Positions 18,400 to 28,388 of a DNA stretch of 64,000 nt are shown in pieces. The notes beneath the pieces are model-generated. The model did not search any database. It was not told the origin of the DNA and worked only from the letters and a program-made list of their open reading frames with translations. Numbering within the stretch: the stretch's first letter is position 1; each line of letters starts with the position of its first letter. Position numbers and translations under genes: made by a program. The DNA is from a phage, in the sequence record OZ346228.1; one strand, written 5' to 3'.

Positions 18400-19150
18400 C
18401 AACATTTTTCGTAAACAGCTCGAAATTATAACGGTGAGTTATAATAAACAGAGAAATCTTTAGTCGTCTAATGTTTACTGTACATTACTATACTGACTGG
18501 AATCATTAGATGACTAAGAGAAAGATAAGAAATCATTAACAATGCAATTGTTTTATTCGTAACAATAAGGCAACTATGCAAACGGATGGCATGGCGCGAC
18601 GGAGTCGCGACATAATATAAAAGCAGTAACCATCACCCCCGTGATAGTTTGTCTGCAAACTATTAATCAGATCATAGTTGCCTTGTATTTAGTTAATCAT
18701 GACATAACAAGCAAGGCAACTATAGATCTGCTAATAGTTGCCCTGCTTTTATATTATGTCATAGATTATTAGCCTGTTAATTGTTAGTCAGTCAAATCAA
18801 CAACGTTATCATTTCAGTCTTTATTGTTGTTGATCGTTATTGTTATCATGCAAACGAATGGCATGGCTTATCATTTTTGAGTAAACAATCTATACGTGAA
18901 CAGTGAGGCATGCAATAGTAAGGGCGGGAATAATGAGAGTGTAAACTGTCAGGCATGTCAATTATATCAATCGTGTCAGTTATGTCACCATTATGTCAGA
19001 CAAGTTTTTCTCCTCTTTGTCAAGTGCTGCATGAAAAATTTACAATCTTGTATGGTAGCATTTTTGCGGCCCTGTTTACATTCAGTATTGTATGTATAAT
19101 CCTTGTTGTGTGGGCGTTTAGACGTCTAGACGGTCAGAAGTCTGCAGGTT
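18400..19150. repeat. palindrome- and repeat-dense non-coding region between convergent transcription blocks (candidate origin or packaging/regulatory region)
   Basis: 18 bp inverted repeat gacataatataaaagcag / ctgcttttatattatgtc; aaggcaactat / atagttgcctt inverted repeats; direct repeat atgcaaacgRatggcatggc (2 copies); hairpins gcgcgac-gga-gtcgcg and atagtttg-tctgc-aaactat. Confidence 0.55.
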
Positions 19151-20435
19151 AATATCTAATCTATCGGCTGCTAACTATATCCCACACAAATAGTAAGAAA
19201 TATAATTGTTATGTGCGTAAACAGTAACTCATGTTATCAATCCCTGTATGTATCGCCAGTGGTGCGCATAATGGGTATTATGTTAAATTGCCCGTAATGA
19301 TAATGGTTCTCACAATGATAGGTATTCTCATTCCCCCACACAAAATAGATTGCAAATGTTGTGCCACTATGTGAACGGCCTCACCTATTAATTTGCCTCA
19401 CTGCCTCGATATTTGAGAATTATCATAAGAATGAGAAGTATTCCCATTTCGTCCGCCTGGCAGCACTCCAGTCGCTACGGCTCAGAACAGGGCAGAATTG
19501 TGTCCATTCAGATATTTCTGTCTGGCTCTTCAGGTCTGTGTGGGAAAAGTCCACCTCTCTGGCGGGGCATGGGGTCATGACGGGAAAATTGCAGGTCAAT
19601 TAAAAAATTTACGTGGTGTATGAAGCGCTCTTCAGGTAAGGCATGTATTATGGGATGAAACCCTCTTCAGGCAATGATATTTGTGGGTGTGATATTTGCT
19701 GGAAAGCCAGATATGACGGGACTCCCGGCGGGGCAGGGGTAGTACAGACAGGGGAAATATGGAGGATGTGGTTAGGTGAATTGATCAGACAGGTAGAGTA
19801 TGGAATATGTTACAGGTATGTTAAATAGGGCGGCTGAATATCTGTAGGATTTGTGTGTAAAATCAAAGACTTAAGTGGTGTTGTGGTATTTTCTATAAAT
19901 AATTCAAGTTTAATAGGTAATATTTGTCTCTATTCGCTTTGTGTGGTAAACAGATTCAGATGAGATTGGTTTACAAGCGTATACATAATATACAAATTAA
20001 AGATACAAGAAACCCCCCTCCCCCTTCGGCTACCATTCACCTTTTCCTCTGACTGGTACTTAAACACTTATTCAGACTCTTCAGGTTATCACCCATATAT
20101 CATATGGCAGTGACTGGTGTCCTCCGGCCCCTCTTTCGTCACCCGTCCGCTTCGCCATGCTAATGCCATAGCCAATGGTTCGGTTGTTCACCCTGTTCAC
20201 TCAGGTGTATCTCCATACCCCTTCAAAACGAAGAGAACAGAAAACCCGAATTACTCGGTAAAAGAAAAGAGAAGAACTTAATTTTATCAGGATAGGCAAG
20301 AATGTCAAGGCATGACTGCTCACTAAACAAGCAAACAGTCATGTGTGGGAGGTAAGTGATTGTGGTGGTAGGAAATTTAGTTGAAAGATGTGTTATAGGT
20401 GCTTCCAGCACTTTAGCCGGGCAGCTAATTGTGTG

Positions 20436-20651
20436 TCAGTCCAGCGGTTCATCCTCTACTTCACTGAAATCAATGTTCATGGTCTCTTCCCAACCATCGA
20501 TCTCAGCACAAGAGTGGAGTTCTTTAGGGTTTACTCCTAAAGCCTCAGCAACAGAGTCTATATTTAACACCTCTGGCAGGTATGATTCATCAAATTCAAG
20601 GTAAATCAGGCCACGAGTGTTGTCAGCTCCACCAAATATTTCTATCTTCAT
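20436..20651 (-). CDS. hypothetical acidic protein
   Basis: RBS gaggag upstream of ATG; last gene of leftward block. Confidence 0.5.
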   Translation of the reverse strand: MKIEIFGGADNTRGLIYLEFDESYLPEVLNIDSVAEALGVNPKELHSCAEIDGWEETMNIDFSEVEDEPLD

Positions 20652-20772
20652 AAAATCTCCTCTGGAAATGAGAGTGTGAACAGGGTTTTATACGTCCCAA
20701 TGCACAGGAATTATGCACGTTTTCCTCTTCAGGCCATGCTTTAGCATGAGGAACCTGTGTGGGCTCGGTGCT

Positions 20773-20985
20773 TCATAGTCTACCACCTCTGAACTCTTCG
20801 TGCTCAGGCATAATAGAGAACCAGATATCTACGATGTCCTCCCACGTCAGGTCATCAGCCTCAGGATCTGTCTGGGACGAAGATGAAGAGTCCTCAGAAT
20901 CTAAGTTTTCCTCTTTAACTGGCTCATCCAAGGGACATATGGTCACTCCTTCGGATGTCTCTTCAGATGCATGTGTGTTGATCAT
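20773..20985 (-). CDS. hypothetical acidic Ser-rich protein
   Basis: ORF in leftward block. Confidence 0.4.
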   Translation of the reverse strand: MINTHASEETSEGVTICPLDEPVKEENLDSEDSSSSSQTDPEADDLTWEDIVDIWFSIMPEHEEFRGGRL

Positions 20986-21345
20986 GTTCCACCCGTGAGT
21001 ATTCCGGCAACAGCTGCTATGGACGTAATGATCATCAGGATCACCACTAAAACTTCGGACAATGTTCTCATTGTGTACTCCATATTCTACAAACTATGTG
21101 TGGATACTATCACTGGATCGGTAATGTGTCAACAGAAACGCCGCGAGGGTTTGGTTAAAATCCGAGCGTATGGTGATTTGGGTCAAAACGGACGTGCGTT
21201 CTCGCTACGCTCGAAAGAGAGATTTGTTTGTAGGAAGCTCTTAAACGCTCTGTAATGAGATTATCTGTCCAAGGTATGCAATCGTGCACCAGATAAAGAA
21301 AAGGACGCCACAGAGCGTCCTAGGTGTCTTAAATTTGATATTTTG

Positions 21346-21657
21346 CTATACCCATGAGGGCTTATCAAGGTTGGAGTAGCTGAAAGGTGTCAAAAGGTGA
21401 CTGTCAAAATCTCTCAAACTATCTAAATCTTTTTCCTCGTCCTGACACCATCTGTGCCTACATTTATTGTTGTAGTGCATAGAATGCATAGCGTTCTGCA
21501 ACTTAACAGGTACAAGTGATTCAGGAGTAGATAGTATTGTTGGGTATGCCAGAATCACCTCAAACAGTGGAAACACATCGAAACTAAAGTCTACCTCTGC
21601 AGAGGTTGATGGCATATAGGAGTATTTAGCCGCCTTTGTAGACATAATCCACCTCAC
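21346..21657 (-). CDS. hypothetical protein
   Basis: ORF in compact leftward array. Confidence 0.45.
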   Translation of the reverse strand: MRWIMSTKAAKYSYMPSTSAEVDFSFDVFPLFEVILAYPTILSTPESLVPVKLQNAMHSMHYNNKCRHRWCQDEEKDLDSLRDFDSHLLTPFSYSNLDKPSWV

Positions 21658-21980
21658 ACAGGTTTGATAATACCTTTACCGAATAATTCTTCGTATCTAA
21701 TCTTATCCGGATCCCACTCTTGGATAATTTCGAAGACAATATCCAACCCAGGGATAATCACTTCTCCAGTGTCAAGTTTGGCAAGAACAAAACCAGAAGG
21801 CTGAATGGTTTCCCAGTTGCGCCGATTGGAATAGAAGACCTCGAAAATATCGCCGACCTTTATCTGTTGATCAAGATGTTCAAGATTCTCTTTCATATAG
21901 ACGCAGCGGATTTTTCGTGCAGGCCATAGACCACCTGCATCACGTTCATTTAGCTCTTTTACAGTAATCGGTATACCCAT
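21654..21980 (-). CDS. hypothetical protein
   Basis: ORF in compact leftward array. Confidence 0.5.
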   Translation of the reverse strand: MGIPITVKELNERDAGGLWPARKIRCVYMKENLEHLDQQIKVGDIFEVFYSNRRNWETIQPSGFVLAKLDTGEVIIPGLDIVFEIIQEWDPDKIRYEELFGKGIIKPV

Positions 21981-21996
21981 CTCAAATCTCCTTCAT

Positions 21997-22028
21997 AGAT
22001 AGTAAAAAGAGGGGCCCAAGCCCCCTCT
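21997..22028 (-). terminator. hairpin terminator/attenuator within leftward block
   Basis: agaggggc-ccaa-gcccctct flanked by A/T runs on both sides. Confidence 0.55.
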
Positions 22029-22034
22029 TTGTCA

Positions 22035-22340
22035 TCATTCTACAGAGCGTTTGAACAGAATGTCTGCCTCAGACATGTGCTCAACCTCTTCTTCGATTTT
22101 AGCGCGACGTTTTTCAGCCTCATAGCGAATATCGAACTCGGTAGCCACCAGAGATTTGATGAATTTAGGAGAATACAGGTGATCCTGCTTCTCAACGAGA
22201 ATGATATCCTTAATGGCATCTTTCAGATCTTTAATCTGAAGTTGGAGTTCTACCAGTTCTTCGATTGTTTTGCGAAGGCGATCACGCTCTGCAGTGTCAG
22301 AAGGAAGAGAGGTGAACAGTTCAACTTTAGATTTAGCCAT
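22035..22340 (-). CDS. hypothetical coiled-coil protein
   Basis: ORF; charged heptad-like sequence. Confidence 0.5.
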   Translation of the reverse strand: MAKSKVELFTSLPSDTAERDRLRKTIEELVELQLQIKDLKDAIKDIILVEKQDHLYSPKFIKSLVATEFDIRYEAEKRRAKIEEEVEHMSEADILFKRSVE

Positions 22341-22368
22341 AGTAAGAGTCTCCTTATGTTGTTTTAAA

Positions 22369-22686
22369 TTAACGTTCTACAAAAATACCGTTCAGTTCAA
22401 TAACCAGGAATTTCTGGTCTTCACTATCGTCTCGTGCCAGCACCTCACAGACGTATCGGTCATCCCCATCATCATCGCAGTCAAATACAAGACTGAGGAC
22501 TTTATCATGGTAAACCTTCGCCACTACCGCCTCGTAAGTATTGCCGATTGTGAATCCAAGATAATCTCCGATGCATTTGACAACAACATGGTCTCCAGCA
22601 TTTAAGTCAATCTTCGTCATTACTGCGCTCCTTGGGTAATAATACTGTATGTAAAACTTTAACCAGAGATGTGAATAACGCCCCAA
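22369..22686 (-). CDS. hypothetical protein
   Basis: ORF in compact array. Confidence 0.5.
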   Translation of the reverse strand: MGRYSHLWLKFYIQYYYPRSAVMTKIDLNAGDHVVVKCIGDYLGFTIGNTYEAVVAKVYHDKVLSLVFDCDDDGDDRYVCEVLARDDSEDQKFLVIELNGIFVER

Positions 22687-22775
22687 AACACACCGATAGC
22701 GCTAAAACAGACAAGGCCATCATTAAAGCTTCAGTAAAATCAGTCATTCCTCACCTCTTGTTAGCCACTATACTA

Positions 22776-23039
22776 TCATTTATCCTTTTCGTCAAGAACT
22801 TTTTTAAATCTTTCAGGGATATCTCCCGTTCTTAGATAGTTCATGACCTCGCAAGGTTCCCACTTGAATTTCTTACAGAGCAGGGCGGCTGAGATTGTTT
22901 CATTGCGAAAAGAAAGGATATTAATATCCCACTCTGAGAACCCCAACTTCCGAAGGGTAGCTACAGAAATCCTCACCGCAACCCAGCAGCAAAAACATGC
23001 AACAAACGCCACTGCTACAACCCACATCAGGATGTTCAT
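22776..23039 (-). CDS. hypothetical membrane protein
   Basis: N-terminal hydrophobic segment MNILMWVVAVAFVACFCCWVAV. Confidence 0.45.
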   Translation of the reverse strand: MNILMWVVAVAFVACFCCWVAVRISVATLRKLGFSEWDINILSFRNETISAALLCKKFKWEPCEVMNYLRTGDIPERFKKVLDEKDK

Positions 23040-23128
23040 ATAAGCACCTTACTGAAATACAAGACACAGTGTTAAGGTTACTGACCAGCAAATAATTAGC
23101 AGGACCATTGCAACCTTGGCAAGATTTA

Positions 23129-23416
23129 TCATAGTGCCTCTAAGATTTCATATCCTTCAGGTCGAAATACAAGCCACTCCGTGGCTCCGTTTGGTCGATA
23201 CGCTTTATACAGAACAACCTGATCTCGGCACATGCACATGGCTACATAGTTTTCATCCACACCTGCAGCCTGCATTGCATCTTCTTCTCCGGCAACTGCT
23301 TTGCTTACAACTTCCTTGGTAGGTAGGTGTGCGATCAGCTCGTCACCATCATTAATTCCAAAATGACTGAGTTCTCCATTGGTATCTTTAATCTTAATCT
23401 TAACCAGATCTTTCAT
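23129..23416 (-). CDS. small-protein paralogue array member
   Basis: MKDLVKIKIK... start; adjacent to related ORFs. Confidence 0.5.
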   Translation of the reverse strand: MKDLVKIKIKDTNGELSHFGINDGDELIAHLPTKEVVSKAVAGEEDAMQAAGVDENYVAMCMCRDQVVLYKAYRPNGATEWLVFRPEGYEILEAL

Positions 23417-23745
23417 TAGTCTTTCTCCAGGTTCAAAGGTCCTAAGATTTCATATGCCAGATTAGAAGTTACCAGAGGGTCTTCTGCATCTTTAGTATTG
23501 TACCACCCGTGAATAACCAGAGTCCCACTTTGTTTCATATCCAACTGGAACTGTTCTGCAGTTTCCTCATCCAGCTCCAAGATTTCCATAAGGTATTTGA
23601 TGTTAGGAAGGTATGCAGCTGTTACAGTTCCCTCCACCAAACCTTCGGGCCAACCTACATCCGGATGACAAGTAGGAACCAGGTTGGTCAACTTAATGGT
23701 GTACGCTTTTTCTGCACGAGCCTTCAGTAACGGGTCAATCTTCAT
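23416..23745 (-). CDS. hypothetical protein
   Basis: ORF with ATGA-type overlap to neighbours. Confidence 0.5.
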   Translation of the reverse strand: MKIDPLLKARAEKAYTIKLTNLVPTCHPDVGWPEGLVEGTVTAAYLPNIKYLMEILELDEETAEQFQLDMKQSGTLVIHGWYNTKDAEDPLVTSNLAYEILGPLNLEKD

Positions 23746-24095
23746 TATTCGTCCTCCTCTTCGGTGCCTGCTTCCAGTAATAAGTTAAGAATATCTTCTG
23801 CACAAGGCTCATAGAACTCTTGGCCTTCATTATCGATGATTTTGTAGTCATCTCCACGAATAATCAGGGGATCACTCTCAAAATTATCGAGACCTTTAAC
23901 AACGACAACACGATCGATTGCCATCATTGTAAGAACTTTATCGACATCTTCCTCTGCTACACCATACTGCAGCAGAATGTCTTTGGTAGGAGGAACAGCA
24001 TCCACCACAACGCCGTTACCAAAACCTTCTGGAAGTTTAGCTAAAATATCTTCCGGAACCACATTCACATCAAAACCGGTAATTTCTACTTTCAT
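23745..24095 (-). CDS. small acidic protein (paralogue array member)
   Basis: MKVEITG... start; acidic C-terminus. Confidence 0.5.
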   Translation of the reverse strand: MKVEITGFDVNVVPEDILAKLPEGFGNGVVVDAVPPTKDILLQYGVAEEDVDKVLTMMAIDRVVVVKGLDNFESDPLIIRGDDYKIIDNEGQEFYEPCAEDILNLLLEAGTEEEDE

Positions 24096-24356
24096 TTACA
24101 GCACCTCTTCGTCAACTACTTCATAAAAATGGCCTGGGATTGCAATAGCGTTCTCACCTTCACCTGCAAACACAGTTCCGTCAAGAATCAACATCATAAG
24201 AATTTCTGTAATATCCTCTTCCGGAACGTTGCCAAAACCTTTAATCAGCTCGTAGGTTGGAATATTTACATCTAAGATGTCACCATCTTTAGAACGGAAA
24301 TCAACACCGTCCTGAATCTCTGCCGTTTCAAGGTTTTTCAATTTAATCTTCATCAA
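24096..24356 (-). CDS. small acidic protein (paralogue array member)
   Basis: MMKIKLKNL... start; ...YEVVDEE C-terminus. Confidence 0.5.
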   Translation of the reverse strand: MMKIKLKNLETAEIQDGVDFRSKDGDILDVNIPTYELIKGFGNVPEEDITEILMMLILDGTVFAGEGENAIAIPGHFYEVVDEEVL

Positions 24357-24432
24357 TCGGTCTCCTGTCTTGTTAAGATGAAGGTATTATTTCACACAGG
24401 GTTGGCGTTGTCAACACCTGTGTGCAAGAAAA

Positions 24433-24828
24433 TTACTGAAACAGTGCGGATAAATTACCTTCTGGTGGGAACTTATCTGCCAAAAACGGTGTTAGCACAG
24501 TAGCCTTCTGAAGATCTGGGGTCCACTCGTTGTTCAGAACATCCCAGTAGTACGCAATGTTGCTGTGTGGGTGCCGCATTACGAACTTTTTCCCTTCGTA
24601 GTCGTCTGAAACCTCTACAGAAGAAATAACAACAGAATCTTCAAGGGTTTCTTCATAGAAAGATCCCCCTTCAAATTTCCAACGAGATGCAAGAGCCCCT
24701 GCCTTGAACGCTGCAGATAACGGACTGTCGGCAAGAACATACATTTCTTGCACTCTGTCGCTGCGATCTTTGCTTCTTACGTTGTATACAGTATCTGAGC
24801 TATACTCAACACGGTATAGGCTTACCAT
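24433..24828 (-). CDS. hypothetical protein (paralogue of 26640-27038)
   Basis: Shared HPxS...YW...WTP...ATxL motif pattern with 26640-27038. Confidence 0.55.
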   Translation of the reverse strand: MVSLYRVEYSSDTVYNVRSKDRSDRVQEMYVLADSPLSAAFKAGALASRWKFEGGSFYEETLEDSVVISSVEVSDDYEGKKFVMRHPHSNIAYYWDVLNNEWTPDLQKATVLTPFLADKFPPEGNLSALFQ

Positions 24829-25187
24829 TACCGCACCTCCTCAATAACTTCCACATCTGAACCTACCACAAATGCAAAAGGACAGGTTTCATGAAAGACA
24901 TCTGGATCGCCGCCAAGCTTGCTAACAATCTCTCCACCACTAATAAACACAAGCTCACCGATATTCATCAGATTGCTGAAATAGTACCCATAATGATTAA
25001 AGAATGCAGCAGGGTCAGGTAGACTGGTAGCCTCAAGCACTACATCGGTTGAGGTTACTTTCTTATCATAACCTCTCGCCTTTTGAGATGCAAGATCTGC
25101 AGAATCCTCAGGAGACCGGAGATGCACAGGAATTGTTTCACCAATAAAGCGTACTTTCATATTATCACCCAACAACCATAGCTTCAA
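24828..25187 (-). CDS. small protein (paralogue array member)
   Basis: C-terminus VVGSDVEVIEE resembles other array members. Confidence 0.5.
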   Translation of the reverse strand: MKLWLLGDNMKVRFIGETIPVHLRSPEDSADLASQKARGYDKKVTSTDVVLEATSLPDPAAFFNHYGYYFSNLMNIGELVFISGGEIVSKLGGDPDVFHETCPFAFVVGSDVEVIEEVR

Positions 25188-25428
25188 AAGGAGTCATGAA
25201 CGAATAAACGGCATCATCATCTGCTTCAGGGAATGCTCCCAAAGACTTCATATCTGAACCCTTGACAAATACAAGGTTTTGATCAAAGGCTTCTTGGGGG
25301 TCAATCCGATACATATTTCGTAGAATATCGCTTACCTCCTCATCAAGAGGTGAGTATGCTGTGCACGTTTTTCCGATCAAGCTTTGAGAATCAGGGTATC
25401 CACCTGAAGTTTTAAAATAAACAATCAT
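25165..25428 (-). CDS. small protein (paralogue array member)
   Basis: ORF; C-terminus ...FEAMVVG. Confidence 0.45.
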   Translation of the reverse strand: MIVYFKTSGGYPDSQSLIGKTCTAYSPLDEEVSDILRNMYRIDPQEAFDQNLVFVKGSDMKSLGAFPEADDDAVYSFMTPFEAMVVG

Positions 25429-25519
25429 ATAGTATCACCTCTGGTAAGAGATTGGGATTCCTTTCCCACAAATAATTACAAATCTTCCTTATCGAGGAAG
25501 TATGCTAATCCAAGCAGGA

Positions 25520-25789
25520 TTATTCCTCTACAATCTCATACACATCAGGAGTTACAATCAACTCTTCTCCGTTACCCGGTGCAACAAACACCACCAAACC
25601 TTCAGGTGTGTGCTTTTTAGCCATCTCGATAACATCTTCTCGCAGAGCTGGCTCCATCAGATCAAAACCTTCACCCAGGGCATCACGAACCACCTTCATA
25701 TAGTCAACTGGTTGTGCTTCAACAATCATGCCTTCAACCAGTCCACAGTTTTTGTCTGCCAGCTCAGTTTTGAATAATTTAATTTTCAT
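25520..25789 (-). CDS. small acidic protein (paralogue array member)
   Basis: MKIKLFK... start; ...YEIVEE C-terminus. Confidence 0.5.
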   Translation of the reverse strand: MKIKLFKTELADKNCGLVEGMIVEAQPVDYMKVVRDALGEGFDLMEPALREDVIEMAKKHTPEGLVVFVAPGNGEELIVTPDVYEIVEE

Positions 25790-25926
25790 TTAGAGGTCTC
25801 CTCAATTATTTGATATTAATAGCCGTAACCTAACACATTAACTACAACTGCGATTGCAAACATAATTTCAAAGCATGCAATCTCTACATTTGGGACTAAT
25901 TTCTTAATCACACCCATTGTAGCACC

Positions 25927-26247
25927 TCATTCTCCAAAGTCAATCTTTACTTTGCCTTTCCCCTTACCTTTCTTTCCACCGCATTTAGCCAGCTGACGTG
26001 CTGCAACATCTACCATACGGTCAGTTGCCTCGTAAGCATCACTGCCTTTAGCCTTGGCAATAACTTCTTTTCCAGAATTGTCAAAAATGAACGCCATAAC
26101 TTCCTGGTGATCATTTTCAACTTTTACACTTACACGTGCATAGTTAACAGAGGGATGTAAACGCTCCAGCTTGGACATTTTGCGGGAAATAAAAGATACC
26201 ATACCTTCTGTGATTTCTACATTGTTGCCAGTGATTTCAATTTGCAT
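25927..26247 (-). CDS. hpf: ribosome hibernation promoting factor / RaiA (YfiA) family homologue
   Basis: MQIEITGNNVEITEGM...KLERL...VSVKVE...ARQLAK is colinear with bacterial HPF (MQLNITGNNVEITEAL...KLEQY...VVLKVE...ARQLTK); Lys/Gly-rich C-terminal tail. Confidence 0.8.
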   Translation of the reverse strand: MQIEITGNNVEITEGMVSFISRKMSKLERLHPSVNYARVSVKVENDHQEVMAFIFDNSGKEVIAKAKGSDAYEATDRMVDVAARQLAKCGGKKGKGKGKVKIDFGE

Positions 26248-26331
26248 AACGTGTTCCTTTTAAGGAAGAGGGAATAACTATCTCTCTTTGAAAACAATGA
26301 TACTAAATCTGAAGCGTTGTGTCAACAGTTT

Positions 26332-26622
26332 TTACAGCTTGTTGTCGATAGTTTTTAAAATATCCACAGCAAGATCTGCCATTTTTCGAACATACTCTGC
26401 AAACTCAACAGGATCCTTGATCAAAGAATTCACAGGGTCGTACCCTAGAGCGTTTAAAATGGCTGCAGCATCTACAACCTTCTCATCATTTGCGAAGATC
26501 TCTCCGTCAAACTTGTAGGTCCATTTTGAGTCAACCTTAGCAGAGCAGGGTTTGTCCATGCTTGTTACACCATCGTCTTTAAACTCTCCTGCGTTATCAA
26601 TATTTAGAATTAAATCCATCAT
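26332..26622 (-). CDS. hypothetical protein
   Basis: ORF in compact array. Confidence 0.5.
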   Translation of the reverse strand: MMDLILNIDNAGEFKDDGVTSMDKPCSAKVDSKWTYKFDGEIFANDEKVVDAAAILNALGYDPVNSLIKDPVEFAEYVRKMADLAVDILKTIDNKL

Positions 26623-26639
26623 GGTGACACCTCACTGTT

Positions 26640-27038
26640 TCAGTTTAGCTTTTCTTCAACAACCCCATAACTTGGGGCAGAGTCAAGAGCTTTCTGGTTT
26701 AAAAGTGGCGTAGCAGAATCTGCAAACGGTGTCCAAGTTTTTGTTCTGGAATTCCAGTAATGCTTCACTCTGGAATCTGGATGCACTATAACAAAAACTT
26801 TTTCACTTGTCAACACATTAATTTCTTCTACACCCTTGCTGATAATTTCTCCGTCATAGCCCCCAGTCTGGTATCCTTCGTACCAGGTTCTTGCATAGGC
26901 ATAGCCAGCCTGCCAGCATGCAGCCTCCTCCGAGGTGGAGACTACGTAGAAGTCTTTCTCAAATTCCGGAATACGCCCTTGCTTTACGCTCCAAGCTCCG
27001 CGAATTTTCATTGTTACTTTGAAAAGCTTGTTCTTCAT
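26640..27038 (-). CDS. hypothetical protein (paralogue of 24433-24828)
   Basis: Shared motif pattern with 24433-24828. Confidence 0.55.
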   Translation of the reverse strand: MKNKLFKVTMKIRGAWSVKQGRIPEFEKDFYVVSTSEEAACWQAGYAYARTWYEGYQTGGYDGEIISKGVEEINVLTSEKVFVIVHPDSRVKHYWNSRTKTWTPFADSATPLLNQKALDSAPSYGVVEEKLN

Positions 27039-27039
27039 A

Positions 27040-27294
27040 CTACCGCTCTACAATCTCTACGTCTGTTCCTACACCGAAGGCATAGTAATGTTCTTCCCCA
27101 AAGTAATACTTGGGGACACCCGCTTTGATCAGATCTAACCCGCGAATAAATACCACACCGTGTGATACAGTGGAATGCTTCTGACGCACAGGATCGTTGT
27201 CAGGCAACCATTCAAAGTACACCGCAGGTACAACCTTTCCCTTCAGGAAGGATTGTCCCAAGTAGACGTTAGAATCAAGAATTTTAACCTTCAT
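27040..27294 (-). CDS. small protein, MKVK-family paralogue
   Basis: MKVKILDSNVYLGQSFLKGKVV...GLDLIKAG...DVEIVER; clear paralogue of 27284-27511 and 30934-31167. Confidence 0.6.
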   Translation of the reverse strand: MKVKILDSNVYLGQSFLKGKVVPAVYFEWLPDNDPVRQKHSTVSHGVVFIRGLDLIKAGVPKYYFGEEHYYAFGVGTDVEIVER

Positions 27295-27511
27295 TCTCGT
27301 CCTCCACTATCTCTGCATCCTCACCAAGGGCAAAGTTGTAGGTCCACTGGCTGTCAAAGCAGTCTTGAGATGCACCAGCGGCAATAAGATCTGCACCTTT
27401 TATTTTTAAAAGGTCAGGATAATCTTCGTTAGGGATAGCGGTAAACACTTTCCCCACTAAGGGCTCCTGACCAATATAGAAGCTTGAATCTAAAACTTTA
27501 ACTTTCATCAA
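27284..27511 (-). CDS. small protein, MKVK-family paralogue
   Basis: MMKVKVLDSSFYIGQEPLVGKVF...KGADLIAAGA...AEIVED. Confidence 0.6.
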   Translation of the reverse strand: MMKVKVLDSSFYIGQEPLVGKVFTAIPNEDYPDLLKIKGADLIAAGASQDCFDSQWTYNFALGEDAEIVEDENEG

Positions 27512-27795
27512 CGGTCTCCCTCAGGCGGTTGTGGGACGTAAACACTGTTACGAATATCGTCAGCAGTGTAGTAATAAGTGGTTCCAACCCTATCTCGGGC
27601 TGCAATGTACTCTGCTATACCAACAAGTGCCATTGATTTGGTGGCGTATCTTCCCCACTCGTTAGCTCCCCAGTAGAATTTAGACCAGTAGGGAATAAGA
27701 CCGAACAAATATACCTTTTGACGAACTTCCCAGTAAGTGCCTTTTCCGACAAGTTTAAACTCTACTTCACTACTGTTAATCTTTTTCATTATCAA
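27508..27795 (-). CDS. hypothetical protein
   Basis: ORF in compact array. Confidence 0.5.
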   Translation of the reverse strand: MIMKKINSSEVEFKLVGKGTYWEVRQKVYLFGLIPYWSKFYWGANEWGRYATKSMALVGIAEYIAARDRVGTTYYYTADDIRNSVYVPQPPEGDR

Positions 27796-28088
27796 TCTCC
27801 CTCTACCGTGGTCGGATTGTCAGTAAGAAATTGAGCATTGGCTGGAGGCACGCCTGACATTTTCCACACAACCATAAGTTTATAACCAGGCACTCTATTA
27901 AGTGCAGATCGAGTAGAGTTTGTGCACGTATACTTTCGCTTTCCAAACCCGTTCTCCATCATAATCCAGTACCCAGTATCTTTGTCACCAGGTATCGGTA
28001 GACCACCTTCATCAACCCACTGAATTGACCACGGCACGATGGCTACAGCTTTATATTTAAACTTTTTAAACCACTCAAAAAGTTTCAT
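27792..28088 (-). CDS. hypothetical protein
   Basis: ORF in compact array. Confidence 0.5.
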   Translation of the reverse strand: MKLFEWFKKFKYKAVAIVPWSIQWVDEGGLPIPGDKDTGYWIMMENGFGKRKYTCTNSTRSALNRVPGYKLMVVWKMSGVPPANAQFLTDNPTTVEGD

Positions 28089-28388
28089 AATTCAGCCCCG
28101 CATAGACATAATCACTATAAATAGGCAAACAATGAATCCGAATGCCACGCCACCCATAAACGTTAATATTGATGCAATCATAGTCAATCAGCCTCGCCTG
28201 GCAACTCTTCTACCTTAACATGCCGAAAAGTGTTACCGTAATGGTTGATCCATGACATCAGCTCACTTTCTTGCTCTTCCTCTGGGATGAACTCTCGAAT
28301 ACTGACAAGTTTTAAGAAAACCTAATCACAATCTGCACCCATTCTACCAGACAGACAATAGTGCTTCATAAAAACCCTCCCGCCCGGT

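Noticed and set aside
18896-19828. ORFs 18896-19099, 18955-19152, 19361-19603, 19643-19828 in the convergent intergenic region
   Set aside because: No RBS, Cys/Leu-rich translation of AT-rich palindromic DNA, and overlap with dense inverted and direct repeats.
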